This document shows positions 46,721 to 61,114 of a stretch of 64,000 bases of DNA, one piece after another. The stretch is from Mustelus asterias (lineage: Eukaryota), in the NCBI RefSeq assembly GCF_964213995.1, contig NC_135803.1, positions 35,774,001-35,838,000 on the forward strand. The letters are read 5' to 3'. The notes beneath the pieces were generated by a model. The model was not told where the DNA came from, did not search any database, and worked only from the letters and a program-made list of their open reading frames with translations. Both the position numbers and the translations under genes were made by a program. Each line of letters begins with the position of its first letter. The stretch's first letter is position 1.

Positions 46721-49700
46721 TCAGAATCTCAACTGCCTAGCTTTTGGCCCTTCATTCACTACAGCATTTCTTAAACTACTCACTTCTACCTTTGGTTTCC
46801 TAGTCCCTCTTAAAACTATTACTCTCTCCCTCAGCTTAGCCATTTCTCTGGTAGGCCCTCATCCCCACTCTCTTCAGTCAGTGGACGAGAACATATATAA
46901 TGGACAGCTAGTTTAGCCATTCACCACCAGATCTGGCTCAAACACATGAAGCGCTATCAGGTCCAACTGTCTTCTTCTTAAACTGCTCACTATCCAGGAT
47001 CATTCTGGTTTGCTGAGAGTTTCTTTACTCTACTGCAAACTGTCTTGATAAAACCCATTCGCCTGTCTCAACACCCCCATCTTGAACAATATATACAAGG
47101 AGCTCATGAGCTTCTTTGTCACTAAGATTGAGAATATTCAGTCAGCTGCCTCTGTAGGCCACTGTGCTAAACATCCCCTAAAGTTCTGTAAAGAGTTCTT
47201 CTAAAGGGAGGGGAGTTTTAGCAGACAAGAATTGCCAGAATGAGAGCGAGTAATGGTTTTAATGGGAACTGGAGCATCAAAGGTAGATGTGAGGATGTGG
47301 TTGAACAGCGCATTAGTTACAGAAATGTAATGACAGCAGGCCAGAAGCTAGACAATTGAGGAGTTTGAAATGCAGTTCTAAGTGAATTGGAGGAGAGTTC
47401 TTTCCGGGCAGGACACTGAAGGAAGTTGAGTTTAGAGGAGGTGGCGGCGGGCGGGCGGGGGGGGGGGGGTGAGCAATCAGAGGTAGCATTATGTATGATT
47501 GATACTGTGGGGTAAAGCGACCATGTGATATGACACGGTCAGGTGGGTGGCTGTGAATATAGGTTGGGGAGTTCACAGAGTGTGAAATTAAGGGAGGACG
47601 GAAGGGCATTGAACTCAGAACAGAGAGAAAACATGATGAATAAAAATGTTGGCACTATTTAGGTGAATTCCAGGAGAGCAGGGTTTATGAGCCAGCTCAC
47701 ATGGGTTGCACTAATAAATCCAGCTCAATTGCCCCAAATTTTGAACTGTACATAATTGTGTGTCTACAATTCTGCCAGTGAGATAAAGGAGCCAGATTTA
47801 ATAATGCATCCCCCATAAATTTGCTATGCCAGAATCTGGTTTATGAAAGTGACTTGAGAGAGATTATTATAAAAGAGACTAGGATTGACAGATGGATATT
47901 AATATGCCACTTATTTGCAGGATGTGGACAATGCATTTATGCTGCATTACCTGAGAGTGGTAATCATTTTACTGTAAATTAAATCGATTAAGTTTTTTGT
48001 AACAGCTTTTCACATTCAACTCTTTACTGTGTCAGGCCACAAATTACCATGTTTCTCATTTCAGTTACACAATTTACCATTGTTTAATTTGAACTCGACC
48101 TCAAGGTTACTGCTTCAACACAACAGTCACCACACCTTCATACCCTGGATATGTATGGTTATATGCACTGAAATTAATATAAAAGATATATACTGGATAG
48201 AGGATTTATTATTAGCAAATCCTTCTTTCAGATGAGTTATTAAACCGAAGCCTAATCTGCCTGCTCATGTGGATCAAGAACATGGGTGGACTAAGATTTG
48301 GCTCTTTTCCAACCTGTGCTTTTCCTGACCCTGCAATTCTCTCTTCCAAAATAATTTTATTTCATTGAAGTGCAGTGCTATCCCTTCTGTTAATGCTTAA
48401 CAAAATAACAGCCTGTGAAGATCTAAAACAAGAAGAATAGAAAACAAATTGAACTGTATCGAAGATTAATTCTACAGTAAGTGCTAAATAATTTCAGGTT
48501 AAATATGAAAGGCTCAATACTCGTGATTGGCAGTAAAACTTGCTCTGAAATTATCAATTACATGTAGATTCGTGAAAGGTAGAGAAAGACTCTGGTCTTC
48601 ATCTGGAGAAAGAGGAACATATTTGAGGATACATAGGCTACCACTGATTTCCTCCTTGTTCACCTGTTACTGCTTTTTCCTGGCCAGCTTGGGAAAGGTG
48701 GCAATAGGTTCTGGGAAACAGCAGTAACCACCAAAGAGAGAGGCCTTTAAAGCTGCCTGCTCTCCCTCCAGTTAGGCCCAAAGCACTGATCTGCTAGACT
48801 CCTATGTTGGTTACGGCCTTCAATGAGAGATATATTCTGATATTTGGGGTGTTTTTGTCCCTTTTAGGTTCCTTGCAGTCTTCTGCAGAATTGTCACAGT
48901 TCTGCTCTTCACAATAGCAGGCTCCCTTTTGAATAGAATATTCCCACTGGGAGTCCACTATGCATGGGTTCGGGTTCAGGATGACTTCAAAGGAATGAAT
49001 GTACTACACATGCTGAACTTTGCTGCAAAGTAGAGAATTCTAGTCACTGAGTCCAATCCTCTAAGGATCACTGTGCTTTTAACAGCATTGGTATTTAGAC
49101 GGACTGATATAGCGAATCAGTCACTACAATTTTAATTCAGCATTTAGAATTTTAAAAATCAGTTGGAATTTGTTAGGGGCAACATTTTGAATCTGAATAG
49201 CCTTAAAGCACAATGAAGTGCCAAAATCTACCTTGTCAACTGAGAGCTTTATGATGATTCCAGTGGTAAGCCTGACAGCTTTGATATATTCTATAGGATG
49301 CCTGCAGGCCGGATCTTTGGTTGGGTGTGGGTTGAAATAGGAGTCGGGCAGATGACCCCAGAATGAGTGCAGCAGCTGCGGGTTGGGTTAGGCACAAGGG
49401 CTGTCTCTGTGCTCTGGCACTGTGTCTAAATTTTTTTTTAAATCTCTCACCCCTCAACCCCCACACACTCCTTATGCTACATCCATGCCAACCTATGGCA
49501 CCCGTAATTCCAACACATCTTCAGTGGTTCTCCATGCTCCCTGTGCCAAACGATAATCCCACCCACCTCCCATGTCTCAATATTCCCCATTGCAACTTAG
49601 TGTCAACCAATAGCACCGACCCTTAACCCCTCCATGCCAACTAGTCTCCTTGGATACTTCCAACTCATGTTTTATTAGAATTTAATTCTAACAAACCAAA

Positions 49701-50311
49701 GTGTGCCTAACCTCTCAAAAAGGTGTCCCAGGACTGTATCAAAAGATGTAGCTTACCTCTTCAAAGAAATACCCTGGGTATCCAACAATTCTACCAGACC
49801 TCTTCATACCTGGTCTACTCTGCACACTTGAAGATTCATGCAAATGGGGTGCAAAAATCAGAAGGCAGTGGAGAGAAATGATAATTTAAATGGGCAGCTG
49901 ACTCTGCAAATCACACTGCACAAACCTCAGCCAGACTCCACAAAGATGAGAAAGGCTGGCTTCGGGTCTGAGACTTAAGTTTGACTATTTCCAGGACTTT
50001 TGCCACAACTGAGAAATCCAGGCCTTTTTTTTCTTGTATTGTGACTTATGTTTCTCATGACTCGTGTCAACACAATATAGAGCTGGAAGGGGGTAATTAA
50101 ATACATTACATCTCCGATCCATAAGCAGCAACATGCTAAAGCAGTTCTGGCGAAAATTGTAATTATTTTCAAATTAACTTAAAATTGCTTCAATTTTAAA
50201 TCACCTGACTATAGTATATGCCATGGATGTCTTGTGGGAAATAGTATGATTCATGATGAAAAATTTGCAGTTTATTCAATAGTTTTGACATTTAATAATG
50301 TATTTTGTTAG

Positions 50312-50416
50312 GAATGTGGCCCTCTGGAATCTGAAGCCATGGTGATGGGGGTTTTAGACCAATCCTTTGATGTATTGGTTGTACGATATGGTATCCAGAA
50401 GCGAATCTACTGTAAT
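50312..50416 (+). CDS. DIS3L2: DIS3L2 exon ([35 protein letters not shown]), S1 domain
   Basis: ttgttag|GAA ... AAT|gtaagt; 105 bp, phase 0-0. Not in the ORF track. Confidence 0.96.
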
Positions 50417-52997
50417 GTAAGTATTACTTATTAAAGATATTGAAAAGGTTACACATTTTCCAAATTAATCATTCAGTCAGATTAGATTCTGGTGTTTGTT
50501 TTATAGCAGTTTCCAGGTATAAAGCTGTTAAGTACATTATTTTTAAAATCAGTTTTGTCAGTGTAGACGATTCTTAGAGACCAACAGAATTTTCCAACTG
50601 AACAAAAAAATAAACTTTGTTTAACTGCAATTGTCAGGATGTCACCTTCCCATTATAACTGATTCATTCCAAAGCTGGTAAGTAGGAGGCAGATTGCTCT
50701 CAAATGGAGTCATGTGTATACACAGCATAGTGCTTTAGTGAAACCCCAATCAAATATTTCATATCTAACAGCTCATTAGAAAAATTCAAAGCAACAATCT
50801 GTTGCTGAAATAAAATGCCAAGCACAGCTTCTTTGTTATGAATAGTCTGTTCTGTCATATGATTATGATTCATTGATGACTGTTTAATGGTCCTGAGGGA
50901 TCACCTTAGATCACTGGGATGTGCTAAAGTGAACAATTAGTGTGGTAAACAGCCTGTATTTAATAAAATTTTACAGTAGAAACCACTCAGGAAATTTATT
51001 CATCGGTGGATTTTTTTTCACCCTACCCTCGTCTTAAACTTGCAAAATTGGTTGTTTAAAGCAGTGGTGACCCTGGGAGGAAAAAAAACAATTTTGATCC
51101 ATTAAAGTTTAATGAGCTAAGATTTCACTATTTACAAATTAAAGCTTCAGTTATATTGACATTGTGGTAGGAGACCCAATTCTATAAGGAGTACAGTGTT
51201 TGGATCCATCTCATTTGTGGCATTCATGTGCAGAAAGTAACAATGTCAAGCATTAGGTATGTTGGTGCTTGTTATCTACGGCAAATTTTGGAAACGTTTC
51301 TGAAGTTGGTATAATTTCACAAATTAAAGCATCCTACTGGTGCAACATCTGCCAACTCAACCAGTTGGCGCTGTACTAGCAGGTGGGAGCGATGTACTTT
51401 TTGATGCATATTAAGTTCTGAAGCTTACTGCTGGTTCCAGCTGTTCTCCAAGAAAGGCACTTTCATTTTATCATGAAACTGTCAACAGCATCCATTGTAG
51501 ATTGCCTGAACTATCACGGTAGCAAAGACTAATTTTTCATAGATTTTCAAATCTGTCATCACAGCACCCTACTACGAAGGTCCAAAGTGCCAACCAAAGA
51601 TGTTTGGGTGGATCTGCTATCACAAGTTATTTATTAACTTATGCATCATTTAATGAAAGAAGGTTTGTTTTTCTCAGAATTGAAGATGAAGGCAATTGGT
51701 GAGGACATTGTTGGAAAGTTAATACTGCAGCTGTACATGTAATGTCTGGGTTGCATTTCATGATTTTCAAGCAATTGTGAATTTAGTTCCAAAATCTGCT
51801 TTGATTTTTTAGGTGCTGCTAAGAATTTTAAGAAACTTAAATAATTATTGCATTAAATGCCACATAGTTGCAAAATCAAAATATTGTAGCACAAACCCAA
51901 ATACCAGTTCAAATATGACTATTTTTGACTTATTGATCCCTTTTACTGTTTTACTTTTGTTAAAGTCAGCAACAGGATAGATAGCATGTTGAATAAATGT
52001 GACCATAATAGTCTTTCATCCATCAATATACTCTTCTAGATTATCTTAAGCATCCTTCATAGAACACTGCATAAAATGAGAATGTCTATGCTATCTGTAG
52101 ATGTGTTACCAGTGGTTTAGCATCAGGTAGCTTTAGCCTCAAATACAGGGTGGGATTCTCCAGCCACGCTCGCCCAAAAGCTGGAGAATCCTGCCCAAGG
52201 TCAATGGACCTTTGCGTGATTCACATCCCCCCACACCACCTGCTACAATTCCCATGGCGGGTGAGACGAGAGAATTCCCCCCATGATCTGGTTAATGCTT
52301 TTTGAAGTGCCAACTGAGGGGGAATTACGTGATTTTTTTTTTTAAACAATATTAAAAACCTTTGTGAGGCTGATTCGCATTGATGAAAATGAGTACTTCA
52401 TGTTCTGGCATATATTGGCAACTTTAATTGCAGTTATATTAATATATTTTAGGTTTCAATTCATGTCGATATCTGGAAGATTAGGTGTGTGCCCTAATCT
52501 GGAAGTGCAATGGTTTCACTCTGCAAACCAACTACTAATATTTTGTGTAAATGTTTGTATTTCTCTGAATTTTTTATGTAATTTTTTGCTTGGAGAATAA
52601 AATTATTATTTTAACTCTATCACTCTGCTCAGTCAGCATTGCAGATTTAAATCGACTACTGTTGGTTGAATGCTGGATGCACATTGCTATGGTAATTTAA
52701 GAGCATTATGAATAACATTTTCCACTTTGGAACCTCACAAGGCCGTTGTCCATCCAAAAGATCTTGCAAGTGATTTAAGCAACTTAAGTCCAACCTGTGG
52801 AAAGGTTAAATGTGCATGGGAAATATTTTTCTCCGTATGAAGTTGCAAGTCTGACTTTCAACTCTGAAAAGTGTGGAAACATTTTGCATAAACATTAATC
52901 ACTTCATTGTGTACACTTCTCTTTATTCAAGCTGCCAAAATTTTTCTTCCATTCAGTTAATGTGAAATATCCACCCCCTCCTTTGTCTTTGCTGTAG

Positions 52998-53099
52998 GGC
53001 CTTCCTCTCCAAGGATTTACTTTTCACAAAGTAGGAAAGAACCCTGAACTAAGATTGATGTGGGAACCAGAGACATTGGACCAAAAACCAATTTGTCAG
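52998..53099 (+). CDS. DIS3L2: DIS3L2 exon (GLPLQGFTFHKVGKNPELRLMWEPETLDQKPICQ)
   Basis: gctgtag|GGC ... CAG|gtattt; 102 bp. Matches recalled human [25 protein letters not shown]. Confidence 0.95.
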
Positions 53100-54330
53100 G
53101 TATTTGTTTATGGCTGTGTGACTGGGCAGTAAATATTGAAATTATTTTTTGCCATTAAGTCTGCAAATTTCTTTTCCATTTTATTACTTTTTAAAATAGT
53201 AAGACATGAGGCGGAATTCTCCCAAACTGCCTGCGGAGGGTTTAGTGGCGGCAGGCGCGTTGAATTTGGCAGGAGCCAAAACATCAGAAACCTGCCCGCG
53301 TAAAATTACATTGCAATTCTCCCAATGGCAGGTCGGTCACCCCACGAGAAGGTGGCACCAACACAATTTGCATTTATTTGCATCTCATGAATGCTCATTA
53401 AAATAACTGCCTGCCGATTTCCTGTCAGGCCTTCCAATCTTGTGTGAGCAGGAAATCCTGTTGGCGTCAAACCCAATTGCTAATGAGTGGCATGCACAAG
53501 GCAGTCCTCAGTCCACCAGAGACTTCGAGGTGAATGCAACACTGCCATAGTGCTGCACTGCTCCTGATGCACTGTTCACCACTCTGCTGGGGTTTCTGCC
53601 TCCGTTTCCATGTTAAGCCGGTCTTTATGGACAGCACCATGCTGCTGGACCCAGGGACCCTTCTGTGTTAGGAGTTGGGGAGTACAAGGGTCTCCTTCCT
53701 CATTGGTGCCACGCAACAGTGTCTATCTAGACAGCACTATATTGTGGGACTCATGCAGCCACTGCAACAAAGGTCCAAAGTTTGACCTGGATCGAGTGCC
53801 GGGAGGGGAAGAGGTTCAGGTTGCCTGATAAAGACTAGGGGTGGGATGTGTGTGTGGAAAGAGGGCAGTGTAAGAAGAGAGTAAAGGCAAGGCCTCATAA
53901 TGGCAGAGGGGCCAGGAGATGGATGAAAAAAAAGAGCAATGGAAGACCGGGGGGGGAGGGAAGCTGGACTCCGACAAGTCTGTAAGAAAAGCTCACAGAC
54001 CAGGAGATCAAAGGGGGATACTACACTGTTTACTGTAAGGGGATGCCCAAAGACTCCAGCGATGGTGGCTCGTGGTCCACGTGGGGCATGGACGCATCAC
54101 AGCTCACTCAGGGGAAGGTGGTTTAATGGAGGAACAGACTTCTCACTTAGGCTTCGATGCTCTACCCTCTCGGTTGCTGACAACCTGCTCAGTCCTGAAT
54201 GGTCTGGTGAAGACAGGTGGGCTGGAGAGAGTGATATCTGTGTGCTGGACTGGTGTTTAAATACGGCGCTGGGACCTTTGAAACTATCAGCTGAGGGCGA
54301 GTGGACGAATCAGTTCTGGCCCGCTGGGAT

Positions 54331-56990
54331 CTATGCCCCTCATTATTTTATCGACCTCTATAAGATCACCCCTCAGCCTCTTACACTCCAGAAAAAAAAG
54401 TCCCAGTCTATCCAGCCTCTCCTTATAACTCAAACCATCATGTCCCGGTAGCATCCTAGTAAATCTTTTTTGCACTCTTTCTAGTTTAATAATATCCTTT
54501 CTGTAATAGGGTGACCAGTTTTCTGAAGGGGTAACCAAGAAGGTAGATGAGGGCAGTGCAGTTGATGTTGTCTACATGGACTTTAGCAAGGCCTTTGACA
54601 AGGTACTGCATGGTAGGTTGTTGCATAAAGTTAAATCTCACGGGATCCAGGGTGAGGTATCTAAATGGATACAAAATTGGCTTCTTGACAGAAGGCAGAG
54701 GGTGGTTGTAGAGAGTTGTTTTTCAAACTGGAGGCCTGTGACCAGCGGTGTGCCTCAGGGATCAGTGCTGGGCCCACTGTTATTTGTCATTTATATTAAT
54801 GATTTGGATGAGAATATAGGGGGCATGGTTAGTAAGTTTGCAGATGACACCAAGATTGGTGACATGGTGGACAGTGAGGAAGGTTATCTCCAATTGCAGC
54901 GGGATCTTGATCAATTGGGCCAGTGGGCTGACGAATGGCAGATAGAGTTTAATTTAGACAAAAGCGAGGTAATGCATTTTGGTAGATTGAACCAGGGCAG
55001 GACTTACTCAGTTAATGATAGGGCGTTGGGGAGAGTTATAGAACAAAGAGATCTAGGGGTACATGTTCAAAGCTTGAAAGTGGAGTCACAGGTGGACAGA
55101 GTGGTGAAGAAGGCATTCGGCATGCTTGGTTTCATCGGTCAGAACATTGAATACAGGAGTTGGGACGTCTTGTTGAAGTTGTACAAGACATTGGTAAGGC
55201 CACACTTGGAATAGTGTGTACAATTCTGGTCACCCTATTATAGAAAGGATATTATTAAACTAGAAAGAGTGCAGAAAAGATTTACTAGGACGCTACCGGG
55301 ACTTGATGGATTGAGTTATAAGGAGAGGCTGAATAGACTGGGACTTTTTTCTCTGGAGCGTAGGGGGCTGAGGGGTGACCTTATAGAGGTCTATAAAATA
55401 ATGAGGGGCACAGACAAGGTAGATAGTCAATATCTTTTCCCAAAGGTAGGGGAGTCTAAAACTAGAGGGCATAGGTTTAAGGTGAGAGGGGCGAGATACA
55501 AAAGTGTCCAGAGGGCAATCTTTTCACACAGAGTGTGGTGAGTGTCTGGAACAAGCTGCCAGAGGTAGTAGTAGAGGTGGGTACAATTTTATCTTTTTAA
55601 AAGCATTTCGATAGTTACATGGGTACGATAGGTATAGAGGGATATGGGCCAAATGTGGACAATTGGGATCAGTTTATGGGTTTTTAAAAAAAGGGCGGCA
55701 TAGACAAGTTGGGTCGAAGGGCCTGTTTCCATGCTGTAAACCTCTATGACTCTCTGACCAGAACTACGCACAGTATTCTAAGTGTGACCTTACCAATGTC
55801 TTTTACAACTTCAACAAGACGTCCCAACTCCTGTATTCAATGTTCTGACCGAAGAAACCAAGCATGCCGAATGCCTTCTTCATCACTCAGTCCACCTGTG
55901 ACTCCACTTTCAAGGAGCTATGAACGTGTACCCCTAGATCTCTTTGTTCTGTAACTCTGCCCAATGCCCTACCATTAACTGAGTAAGTCCTGCCCTAGTT
56001 CAATCTACCAAAATGCATCAGCTCGCATCTGTCTAAATTAAACTCCATCTGTCATTCGTCAGCGCACTGGCCCAATTGATCAAGAATCCGTTGCAGTTGG
56101 AGATAACTTTCTTCACTGTCCACTATGCCACAAATCTTGGTGTCATCTGCAAACTTACTAACCATGCCTCCTATATTCTCATCCAAATCATTGATATAAA
56201 TGACAAATAACAGTGGACCAAGCACTGATCCCTGAGGCACACCGCTGGTCACAGGCCTTCAGTTTGAAAAACAACTCTCTACAACCACCCTCTCGCTTCT
56301 GTCAAGAAGCCAATTTTGAATCCATTTCGATACCTCACCCTGGATCTTGTGAGATTTAACCTTATGCAACAACCTACCATGCGGTACCTTGTCAAAGGCC
56401 TGGCTAAAGTCCATTAGACAGCATCAACTGCACTGCCCTCAGCTACCTTCTTGGTTACCCCTTCAAAAAACTCAATCAAATTTGTGAGACATGATTTTCC
56501 ACTCACAAAGCCATGCTGACTGTCCCTAATCAGCCCTTGCGTCTCTAAATGCCTGTAGATCCTGTCTCTCAAAATACTTTCCAACAACTTACCCACCACA
56601 TATGTGAGGCTCACTGACCTGTAGTTCCCAAGCTTTTTCCTGCAGCCCTTTTTAAACAAAGGCGCAAGATTTGCCACTTTCCAATCTTCAGGCACCTCAC
56701 CTGTGACAATCGATGATTCAAATATCTCAGCCAGGGGACCTGCAATTTCCTCCCTAGCCTCCCACAATGTCTTGGGATGCACTTCATCAGATCCCGGGGA
56801 TTTATCTACCTTGATGTGCTTTAAGACTTCCAGCACCTCCTTCTCTGTAATCTGTACACTCCTCTGGGCATCACTATTTATTTGCCCAAGTTCCCTAGCA
56901 TCCATGCTTTTCTCAATGGTAAATACTGATGAGAAATATTCATTTAGGATCTCACCCATCTCTTGTGGATCCGCACATAGATAACCTTAG
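54331..56990 (-). mobile_element. CR1 LINE fragment interrupted by an opposite-strand CR1
   Basis: ORFs 56414-56959, 56052-56252 and 54287-54538 are colinear pieces of CR1 ORF2. Confidence 0.9.
54519..55754 (+). mobile_element. CR1 LINE (RT to 3' end) nested in a closely related CR1
   Basis: ORFs 54576-55214 and 55269-55541; tail CTCTATGACTCT; TSD TGACCAG at 54512-54518 and 55755-55761. Confidence 0.9.
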
Positions 56991-57144
56991 ATGACATAGA
57001 TGAATTTGTATAGATTGTCGCCAGTGACATGAGGAAAAGCGGTTCTACCTAACATGGAGTTAGGGTCTGGAATGCTGTCCCTTAGAATGTAGTGTAGGCA
57101 TTTTCAATTGAGGTCTTTAAAAGAGAGTTGGATAATTATCTGAA

Positions 57145-57815
57145 GTGCATGCATCACAAATGGCTCGTATACAGGTACAGCAAGTAATTAGGAAAGCTAA
57201 TAGAATGTTATCCTTTATTGTGAGGGGAATTGATTACAGAAGTAGGGGAGGTCATTCTTCAGTAGTAAAGGGCATTGGTGAGACCACATCTGGAGTATAT
57301 AGTTAATCTCCTTATTTAAGGAAAGCTGTAAATGCATTAGAAGCAATTCACAAAAGGTTTACTAGACTAATACCAAGTAAGGGCGGGCTGTCTTATGAGG
57401 AAAAGTTGGAAAGGTTAGGTGTGTATCCACTAGAGTTTAGAAGAGTAAGAGGTAACTTGATCAAAACCTTTAAGATACTGAGGGGTATTGACAGGGTGGA
57501 AATGGAGAGGATGATTCCTCTTGTCGGAGAATGTAGTCTAAGGGGTCATTGTTTAAAAATAACAGATCACTCATTTAAGACAGAGATGAGGATAATTTTT
57601 TTTCTCTGAGGGTCATGAGTCTCTGGAACTCGTCCTCAAAAGGCAGTGGAAGCAGAATCTTTGCATACTTTCAAGGCAGAAGGAGATAGATTCTTGATTA
57701 ACTAGGGGATAAAAGGTTATTGCCGCAGACTAGAATGTGGGGTTGAGATTATAATCAGATCAGCCATGATTTTATTAAATGGCAGAGCAGGCTCAAATAG
57801 CCAAGTGGCCTATTA
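57145..57815 (+). mobile_element. CR1 3' fragment
   Basis: RLGVYPLEFRRVRGNLIKTFKILRGID and a CR1 3' UTR. Confidence 0.85.
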
Positions 57816-58429
57816 ATATACAAATGGAAACATTTGTAGGATTATGGTGAGGAAGTAACATCTTATGTGCTTTTGAGCTTTTTGTGTGGCGCCTTATCAA
57901 ATGTCTTTAGGAAATCCAATTTTATTATATCTAGTAGTTTCCCTTTATCCTACGAGTTACATCCTTAAAAAAACTAATACATTTGTCAAGCACAATTTCC
58001 CTTTCATAAAACCATTTTGACTTCATACTAGTGCATTTTAAGACTTCCTTACTAATCGATTCCAGCATTACCCAACAACACATGTCAGGCTAACTGGTCT
58101 ATAGTTCCCTCTTTCTCTCTCCCTCCTTTCCAGAACAATGGTGTTACTTTAACTTATCAGTGTTGGATGAAACATGCTAATCTCTTTGGTTAATTAATTT
58201 AATACTCTGAATTACATTGAGTTCACAAAGTAAGAATCTGAATGCACTTAATGAACTTTTGCAAGTCTTGTTCAAGGTTCACACATTTACGTTTATTGCA
58301 TAAGGTAATTATCACTTGTGAAAGAGTATAGAAGTGTACTCCAATTCAAAAGAAATGTATTTGTGATGGAATCTGTGCTTTATTTATTTAGCAAACCTTA
58401 TTGACTTGGCAATGAACTTTGTTATTTAG

Positions 58430-58531
58430 GTAATAACCATTTTTGCACTGGTGGAGATTGTTTTAAAGTCAGACCACGCAGCCCTCAAGTACAGTGCCAT
58501 TCTCAAGAAACCTACCGGAACCCCTGAATAA
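58430..58531 (+). CDS. DIS3L2: DIS3L2 terminal coding exon (VITIFALVEIVLKSDHAALKYSAILKKPTGTPE*)
   Basis: gttatttag|GTA; TAA at 58529-58531. Matches recalled human VITIFSLVEVVL...ALKYSAILKRP. Confidence 0.95.
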   Translation, partial: VITIFALVEIVLKSDHAALKYSAILKKPTGTPE

Positions 58532-58936
58532 AGATATACCGGAACTCTGAAAAATGCTGCTGAAACCAAATCGTTTCTGTAACTGAAAAGTTTTTTTAAT
58601 GCACAAAAAATATTTGAAAATTAAATAACATTTTAATGGTAATTTTAAGTTTTGATTTACTGCACAGAACAGTTGTAGCAAGTTTTATTTGAATTGGAAT
58701 TGTGTCATGTGTGGTAGGGAACTTGCATAAGTTTTTACAGTTATATTTGTTTCATTGTGCATCACAATATTGTTAGAAACTGAGGTTAGAAAAGAGCAAT
58801 AATATTTGAAACTAGAAGAGTGGTAAACATGAAGTGATATTGAAATCACGTATTGTTTGACATTGGATACATATCTAGACCAGCACTATGCCCAGAGTAA
58901 TGAGAGCTATCTGTTGTAATGTATTCTGGAGCAAAC

Positions 58937-58942
58937 AATAAA
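58937..58942 (+). promoter_or_regulatory. Candidate DIS3L2 polyadenylation signal
   Basis: AATAAA about 405 nt after the stop, at the end of an AT-rich unique 3' UTR-like segment and just before repeats resume. Confidence 0.55.
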
Positions 58943-59059
58943 ATGAAGCCTGCTTCCAAATATTCGTTACTTACAACTTTCTGATTGATAACAGATTATG
59001 TTCTCAATATATTTTGAAACAGCCAGAGAAAAACATTTTAATAATCACATGATTTGGTA

Positions 59060-60430
59060 TTAGTGTCAGCTTTGTCTCAGATGTGAACGTACTACCATTG
59101 AGTTGGAAGCTTGTGGATTCAAGTCCTAATGCAAAGACTTGAACTCAGAATCTAGGTTGACACTTCCATATGGTGTTGAGCAAATGTAGCTCTTTTAAGT
59201 GCTGCTCACTTTCAGATGAGACATTACACTAAGACCCCAGGTAAGAATTTTTGTGTGTACTTATCATTCGCAACTGTCATGGCTGATCTTTGGCTCCAAA
59301 TCCATCTTCTTGCACCATCCCCGTATCTCTTCCTACCCTTAGTACTCAAATGTCTGCCTTGAATTTACTCAATTACTGGATGTCCACAGCTCTGTTTTCC
59401 AAAGATTCACAATCCCTGGAGTGAATTTCAGTCCTAAGTGAATGAAACAATATCCCTTATTTTGAAACTCTGCCCTCTAGTTCCAGACTACCCAACCACC
59501 CAAATGCTTGAAATATCCTCCAAGCATTTACTCTGTTAAGTCTCTTAAGAATTTTATGTTCAAGAGATCACCTCTCATTCTTCTAAATTCTGGGGAACAT
59601 AGACTAGTCTCCAAAATCTCTCCTCAAAAGACAATCCAATCATACCAAGAATTGGTCCAATGAACCTTGGTTGCACTCTGAAAGCAACTTATTCTTCCTT
59701 AGTTAAGGAGACCAGGACTCTCTCCAATGTCTGATACAACTGCTGTAAGATTTCTTTATTCTTTATATTATTAAATATAAATAGTATGTATTTTGCTAAT
59801 TATTTGCTGTAGCTGATGTTAATTCTGTGATTCATGTGCAAAGAAACCCAGTTCTCTAGAATATCAACATTTCCCAGTCTGACACCAGTTTAAAAATGTT
59901 CTGCTCTTATATTTTTCCCTCCAAAGTGGATAATTTCATACTTTACTACATTAACTTCTATTTGCCATGTTCCTGCCCATTCACTCAACCTGTCTATACT
60001 CTTCTGCTTCCTTATGTCCTCCTCATACTTTAGCACATAGCTTTGTATTATCAGTAAATTTGGAAATATTGCACTTGGTCTCCACATCTAAGTCATTGAT
60101 ATAGATTGCAAACAGCTGAAGCCCAAGTACTGCCAACCCAGCAATTACCCTTTTATTCCTACTATTTTCTGCCCATTAATCAATCTTCATGCATGCTTAT
60201 TATCACATAATCCTGTCTGTCTTTAGCTGATAGGGGAAAGAAATCCCATGGTGATAGTTGAATAAGAGTTGCAGGTTTCTTGGCTAATGGTCATCCCTCG
60301 AGCAAACATGACTAAAACTGATTATCTGCTTTTGGGTCTTGTATGCAAATATGTTGTCAGATTTCTTTACGTTACAATAGTAACTACACTACAAAAGAAC
60401 AAAATTGGTCATGAAATGCTGAGGTACATG
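59060..60430 (+). mobile_element. Old Deu-domain SINE (SacSINE1-like) split by a decayed minus-strand CR1 (about 59270-60200)
   Basis: tRNA-like head (GGATTCAAGTCC) and Deu-like CTTTCAGATGAGACATTACACTAAGACCCC, resuming near 60210. A similar Deu motif occurs at about 48225-48275. Family identity is from recall only. Confidence 0.5.
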
Positions 60431-61114
60431 GTGCAGGTTTGAAATTGTGAGAATGGGTGTTTTTTTTAAAATGTTTTGGGGGAATCTAATGTTATTCTAT
60501 GAAGAAAGGTGTGTGTGTGTGTATTTAATTTAATGGGGGAAAGGTTGCTGGAGATAGGTTGTCTGGGAGAAAGGAGACAGGAATAAGTGATAAATTTATG
60601 CATTTGCAATAAAACTACAGTCAAGTGGTGTTAGAAGTAAATAGGCTAGGTTTAGAAAATTCCTGATTAGAATATGTAATCGGGAATTATATAGGGAGCT
60701 GTTGTTTCAACTGTTAAATTTAAAAGGGAATAAGAAACTTTTACAACTTGCTATTTGCCCCGAAAGTGGGGCCATAGGAAAACATGAAAGATTTTTATAT
60801 TTTGGAAAAGTTGATCTCAAAGAAATGCTGAGGGAAATGGAATTGTAGATGAAAGCGAAAAAGGATATTTAAGTAGAGATGTTGAGTTGATTTTGGGTTG
60901 GCTGTATGGGGACAGCCCCCTGGAAACAGTTGTAAGCTGGGGGAAGGTGCAGTTTGAATTAGCCATCCAATCAAATCAGAAAAACTTTGGGCAGTAAAAA
61001 GCAGTGTTGTTTCTGAAGTTCTTGGATTTATACAGTAAAGTGGAGAGAGTTTGAGAGGCACACTTTATTAAAGCCTTGGGGAATATTAGTGGATGTTTAT
61101 AATTAAACATCTAT

